The translations under genes and the position numbers were made by a program. This document shows positions 59,052-64,000 of a stretch of 64,000 nt of DNA, in pieces (position 1 is the stretch's first letter; each line of letters starts with the position of its first letter). Below the pieces are notes generated by a model. It saw nothing but the letters and a program-made list of their open reading frames with translations. It was not told the origin of the DNA and made no database searches. The stretch lies in assembly GCA_963702425.1 (NCBI GenBank), contig CAVPCQ010000025.1, forward strand, positions 1-64,000, given 5' to 3'. This DNA is from an uncultured Acidobacteriota bacterium. GTDB taxonomy: Bacteria > Acidobacteriota > Polarisedimenticolia > J045.

Positions 59052-62000
59052 TCACGGCCCGCTCGCCTCGCAGGCGTCCCCGACGCCGTCGCCGTCGGAG
59101 TCGGCTTGGTCGGGATTGGCGACCTGCGAGCAGTTGTCGCAGGCGGTGCCGATGCCGTCGTGGTCCCCGTCCTTCTGCATGGGATTCGCCACGGTTGGGC
59201 AATTGTCGGAGAGATCCGGGATGCCGTCGCCGTCCATGTCGCTTCGCACAGATCGCCGGTGCCATCGCGGTCGAGATCCTCCTGGCCGGGGTTCGCGATC
59301 GTGGGACAGTTGTCGCAGAGGTCGCCGATCCCATCGCTGTCGAGGTCCTCCTGCGCCGGGTTGGACTGGTCCGGGCAGTTGTCGAGCGCGTTGCTCACGC
59401 CGTCGGCGTCCCTGTCGCCGTCGGGGGAGAGGAACTCGATCGTCTTGCCGATGCCCCGGAAAGCGACATCGTCGATGTACCAGCCGGGTAGTTGACCGAG
59501 CCGTCGCTGGTCAGCAGGAAGCGAATCCGGACCGTCTGGCCCGCGTAGGCGGTCAGGTCGTAGGACACCTGGAAGTAGCCTCCGAGGTGGGCTTCGAACT
59601 CACCCAGCGTGGCCCAGCTCGCGCCGCCGTTCGAGGAGATCTGGACGCGGCCGCGGTCATACCAGTACTCGGACTGGAACCAGTGCCAGAACTTGAGGAC
59701 GGGGTGTGTCCCGGCAGGAGCCCGAAGCTCGGGTGCCTCGAGCGACGCCGAGCAGGAGGACGGGTAGCTACCGGCGAGGTTCGTGGCCCACACCCTGGTT
59801 CCCGAGTGTGCGGCCCCAGGGCCCGAGGTCGGCACGCCCCACTGCCAGGGGTCATTCACCCCGGAGTGGGTGAAGCCGCCGCCGTCGGTCTCGAAGTCCT
59901 CCAGGATCGTCCGTGACGACGACGACGTCGTTTCCTTCGGTGTCGTCGCCGCGCAGGAGCACGACCTCGGGCACGGTGTCGCGCACGTCAAGCGTCACAA
60001 GCCCGTCTACGAACTCGACGAGCGCGCGGTTCGTCCCGCCGCCGCTGATCAGCAGGCCCTGGGCGGCCGTCTCGCCGAAGACGGCGGAGCCGGAGAGCGT
60101 AAGCGTCGTCCGCACGCCAGCGAGGTCGGTCACGAGCTCTTCGTGTCGCGGTGCTCCAGGCGATAGGTGACGAGACTCGACTCGCCGGTCAGGCCGTACT
60201 GCGGAACCACGGGGGTGACCACGAGCGCGTGGTCGGGGTACGGGTCGCAGATGTCGCCGAGGTGGTCGCGATCGCGGTTGGCTTGGTCGGCGTTTGGTGT
60301 GCCGGGGCAATTGTCGAGGGCGCAGGTCGAGGCTGGGTGACCCGCGTTGCCATAGCCGTCCTGGTCCGTATCCGTACAGGTGTCGCAGGCGTCGCCGACA
60401 CCGTCCCCGTCCAAGTCGACCTGGCCGGGATTGTAGGAGGCGGGGCAGTTGTCGAGCGGGCAGGTCGAGGACGGGAACCCCGGGCTGCCGAGCCCGTCCC
60501 CGTCGGGATCGACGCAGGCGTCACACGCGTCCCCGACGCGGTCCCGGTCCGTGTCCGCCTGGTCCTGGGTTCGGGAGATCCGGGCAGTTGTCGGTCGAGT
60601 CCGATCGGCCGTCGGCGTCGGGGTCGTCGCAGGCGTCGCCGACCCCGTTGGGGTGCACGCGGTCCGCCTGGTCGGGGTTCGAGATACCGGGCAGTTGTCG
60701 AGCGGGCAGGTCGAGGCCGGGAACCCAGGGTTCCCGAACCCGTCGCGGTCGGTGTCGGTGCAGGTGTCGCACACGTCGCCGAGCGGTCCCGTCCGTGTCC
60801 GCCTTGTCCTGTGGGCGTTGGCGACATCCGGGCAGTTGTCGGTGGTGTCCGACCGGCCGTCGGCGTCGGGGTCGTCGCAGGCGTCGCCGACCCCGTTGGG
60901 GTGCACCCGATCGGCCTGATCGCGATTGCTCGTCTTCGGGCAGTTATCGCTGCCGTCGAGGACGCTATCATCATCGAAGTCCGGGTCCCGCGGGTCGAGT
61001 CCACGCGCCAGTTCTTCGGCGTTGTTCACCCCGTCGGCATCCTCGTCGCCGTCGGGTGCGAGGAACTCGGTCGTCGTCAGGTTCCCCCGGAGGGCAAAGT
61101 CGTCGATGTACCAGCCCGGCGCGGTGGTCCTCCAGTCGGTGGACATGTCGAAGCGGACCTGGATCTCCCGTCCCGCGTACGCGGAGAGGTCGTAGGTCCG
61201 CTTGGCGTAGCCACCCAACGAACCCTGGAGCGTCTGAAGCGTGTCCCAGGTCGCGCCGCCGTCTGGCGAGACCTGGACGCGGCCGACGTCGTACCCACTC
61301 CGAATGGAACCAGTCCCAGAATTCGAGGACCGGATGGGCGCCCATGGCGAGCCTGAACATCGGAGACACGAGAGCCGCCGAGCAGTTGTCCGGGTAATTC
61401 CCGCTCAGGTTCGTGGCCCAGACGTTCGTTCCGGAGTGCGCGGCCCAGGGGCCCGAAGTCGGCCGGCCCCATTGCCATGGGTCGTTCGTCCCGGAGTGAG
61501 TGAACCCGCCGTCGCTGCCCTCGAAGTCCACTTCGAGATCTGTCTGGACCACGACATCGTTGCCCTCGCTGTCCTCGCCCCTGAACTCCACGACCTCGGC
61601 CGTCGCGTCGCTCGCCGTCAGCGTCACGAGCCCGCCGACGAACTCGACGAGGACGCGGTTCGTCCCGCCCCCACTTAGCAGCAGCCCTTCGGTGGCGCTC
61701 TCGCCGAACGAAGCGGAGCCGGAGAGCGTTAGGGTCGTGCGGACGCCGACGAGGTCCGTCACGAGTTCGCCGCTTCCGCGGCGCTCGAGCCGGTAGGTCA
61801 CGGTCGCGACTTCACCGACGATGTATTGCGGCGCCACCGGCCTGACGATGAGTGCGTGGTCGGGGTACGGGTCGCACACGTCGCCGAGATCGTCGCTGTC
61901 ACTGTTGAGCTGGTCCGTGTTTGTTGTATTGGGGCAGTTGTCGAGGGGACAGACCGAGGCCGGGAAGCCCGGGTCGCCGAAGCCGTCGCGGTCGGTGTCC

Positions 62001-64000
62001 GTGCACGGATCACAGACGTCGCCGAGGCCGTCGAGGTCGTCGTCCTCCTGCGCGGGGTTGGGCTGATCCGGGCAGTTGTCAAGGAGATCGAGTACGCCAT
62101 CGCCATCATGGTCGTCGCAAGCATCACCGAAGCCATCCCCATCGGCGTCTTCTTGACCCGCGTTGGCTTGACTCGGGCAGTTGTCACACGCACTGCCGCG
62201 GCCATCTCCGTCCGGATCTTCCTGAGCGGGGTTGGGCTGGTCCGGGCAGTTGTCGAGCGGGCAGGTCGAGGCCGGGAAGCCCGGGTTGCCGAAGCCGTCC
62301 CCGTCGGTGTCGGTGCAGGGATCGCACCCGTCGGCGGTGCCGTCCCCGTCCGTGTCCTCCTGCGCGGGGTTGGCATTGTCGGGCAGTTGTCGCGCAGGTC
62401 GACCACGCTGTCGCCGTCCGGGTCGTCGCAGGCGTCGCCGATCCCGTTGGGGTGGACGGCATCGGCCTGGTCGGGGTTCTTCGTCGCCGGGCAGTTGTCG
62501 AGCGGGCAGGTCGAGGCCGGGAAGTCCGGGTCGCCGAAGCCGTCGCGGTCGCGGTCGGTGCACGGATCGCAGGCATCGCCGACCCGGTCCCAATCGAGAT
62601 CGCCCTGACCGAAGTTGGCCGCGGCGGGGCAGTTGTCGCAGGCGTCGCCGCGGCGGTCGCCGTCTCCGTCCGCCTGCTCGGTATTGGCCGCCTCCGGGCA
62701 GTTGTCGCACTCGTCCCCCGGACCGTCGTCGTCGCGATCGGTCTGGCAGGCGTTCATCACGGAGACGCAACTGTCGCAGGCGTCGCCGACCGCGTCGTGG
62801 TCGGCGTCGGCCTGGTCCGGATCGCGGTCGGCGGGACAGGTGTCGCAGGCGTCGCCCCAGCCGTCGCGGTCGCCGTCCGCCTGGTCGGGGTTGGCGGTGA
62901 CGGGGCAGTTGTCGGTGAAGTCGCCGACGCCGTCGCCGTCCAGGTCCTCCCCGATGACCCAGGACCGCCCGGCCCCGAACGCCTCGGCGAAGCTGACGCG
63001 GGCCGTCGTCTCGCAGCGGACGCTGTCGCGGCCGACGACCTCGAAGACCAGGTCGGCGTCGCGGCCCGCGGCCGCCGCGCCGGTCAGCGCGCCGGCTGCG
63101 AAGCGGTACTCGTACGACGCGAACTGCGGGCGGGCGCCCCAGGCCGGGGGGCGGTTCCCGCGGATCGACGGTGACGGGCCCCGGTGTCGGCGCCGGACGC
63201 TCCGGGTCCGGCAGGTGCAAGTCGCCGACCGGCGCGTCGCGCACGACCCCCAGGCTCAGCTCCGCGTAGTGCCGGGCGTCGTCGCGCGGGACCTCGATCC
63301 GGCCGGCCGCGGAGATCGTCGCCCACAGGGCGTCGGCCGCTTCCGGGTCGTCGGCCAGCAGGCGGACGATTCCGGAGTTCCTCTCCGGCACCAGCAGCAA
63401 CTCGATCTGGATCGTGCCGGGCTCGGCGGCGGGATCGTGCTGAATCTCGAGATGCGCCGGCAGCGCCGGCAGCAGCAGGTCCGCCTCGTGCCGCGGGCGC
63501 GGACAGACGAATTCTCCGTCCCCGTCGACCTCCAGCCGCCAGGTGATCGGCGACCGCTCGACGGGCGTCGGGGCGCCGCGCGGGATCGGCGGCAGCCAGG
63601 GGGCGAGCCGGACGTCGAGCGTTCGTCGCGTGCAGGCGCGGAAGGCGTTGGCGAGCGTCGTCGCCTCGGGCTCCTGGTTCGTCGCGCGCAGGTGATACGG
63701 ACCGGGCGGCGAAGCCCGGCGGGCACGATCGCGGTCATCGCCTCGCCCGAGGACCACGCCACGTCGCTGCAGCGGCGGGGTCGGGCGCAGGACCTCGAGA
63801 CCGGTGGCTCGGACCGACGACGAACGCGAGGTCCCCGGCGAGCGCGACGCTGCTTGCGCTCCGCCCGGGTCGTGCTGGCGCGTGGCAAGCGCTGGCTGGC
63901 TCGGGTCGCTGACGTCGACAGTGACGAGAGCCGCCTCGGTCGTCCGCGACGAAGGCGAGGCGTCCGGAGACCGTGACGCGGACGGCGAACCCGCCCGTGG
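59052..64000 (-). CDS. Giant surface protein: LVIVD-like repeats, IPT-like domain, many thrombospondin type-3 repeats and two InhA/MAM-like modules; 5' end beyond window; many apparent frameshifts
   Basis: Repeated DNCP..NP.Q.D.DGDG.GDACD; two [30 protein letters not shown] modules; the last 300 bp read [31 protein letters not shown]; stop at 59052. Confidence 0.8.

Noticed and set aside
59052-63000. Recurring GGGCAGTTGTC repeats as CRISPR or a mobile repeat
   Set aside because: They encode the DNCP motif of thrombospondin type-3 repeats.

Overview
Very GC-rich bacterial DNA. Gene content and the style of the secreted proteins suggest an Acidobacteriota lineage (inference only). Many genes are split by single-base frameshifts, most densely at 54.5-64 kb, which look like uncorrected long-read indels rather than true decay. 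The window is dominated by secreted or surface proteins and signalling genes. In order: (1) an array of at least 3 paralogous exported 'NYQG' fibre-like proteins plus a small partner protein, divergent from a beta-propeller/NarL two-component system; (2) two paralogous subtilases with C-terminal xxWG hexapeptide repeats, each behind a duplicated sigma-54 promoter module, surrounded by three hybrid histidine kinases; (3) an MNT-HEPN toxin-antitoxin pair whose toxin lacks the catalytic Arg, followed by GTAG-type REP repeats; (4) an operon of acetyl-CoA-synthetase-like enzyme, carrier protein and Kbl-like oxoamine synthase, divergent from a second, canonical kbl; (5) a cAMP module of FecR-TPR-barrel receptor, CHASE2 adenylate cyclase, MBL phosphodiesterase-like gene and GAF-PP2C phosphatase; (6) MscS-KtrB/TrkH and a Ni/Co ECF transporter; (7) two exported TPR-CHAT caspase-like proteases, an M36 metallopeptidase and a giant thrombospondin-type-3 repeat protein that runs off the end. 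The best candidates for an undescribed system are the NYQG fibre array with its partner and the ACS-ACP-Kbl operon. No rRNA, tRNA, CRISPR array or transposase was recognised.
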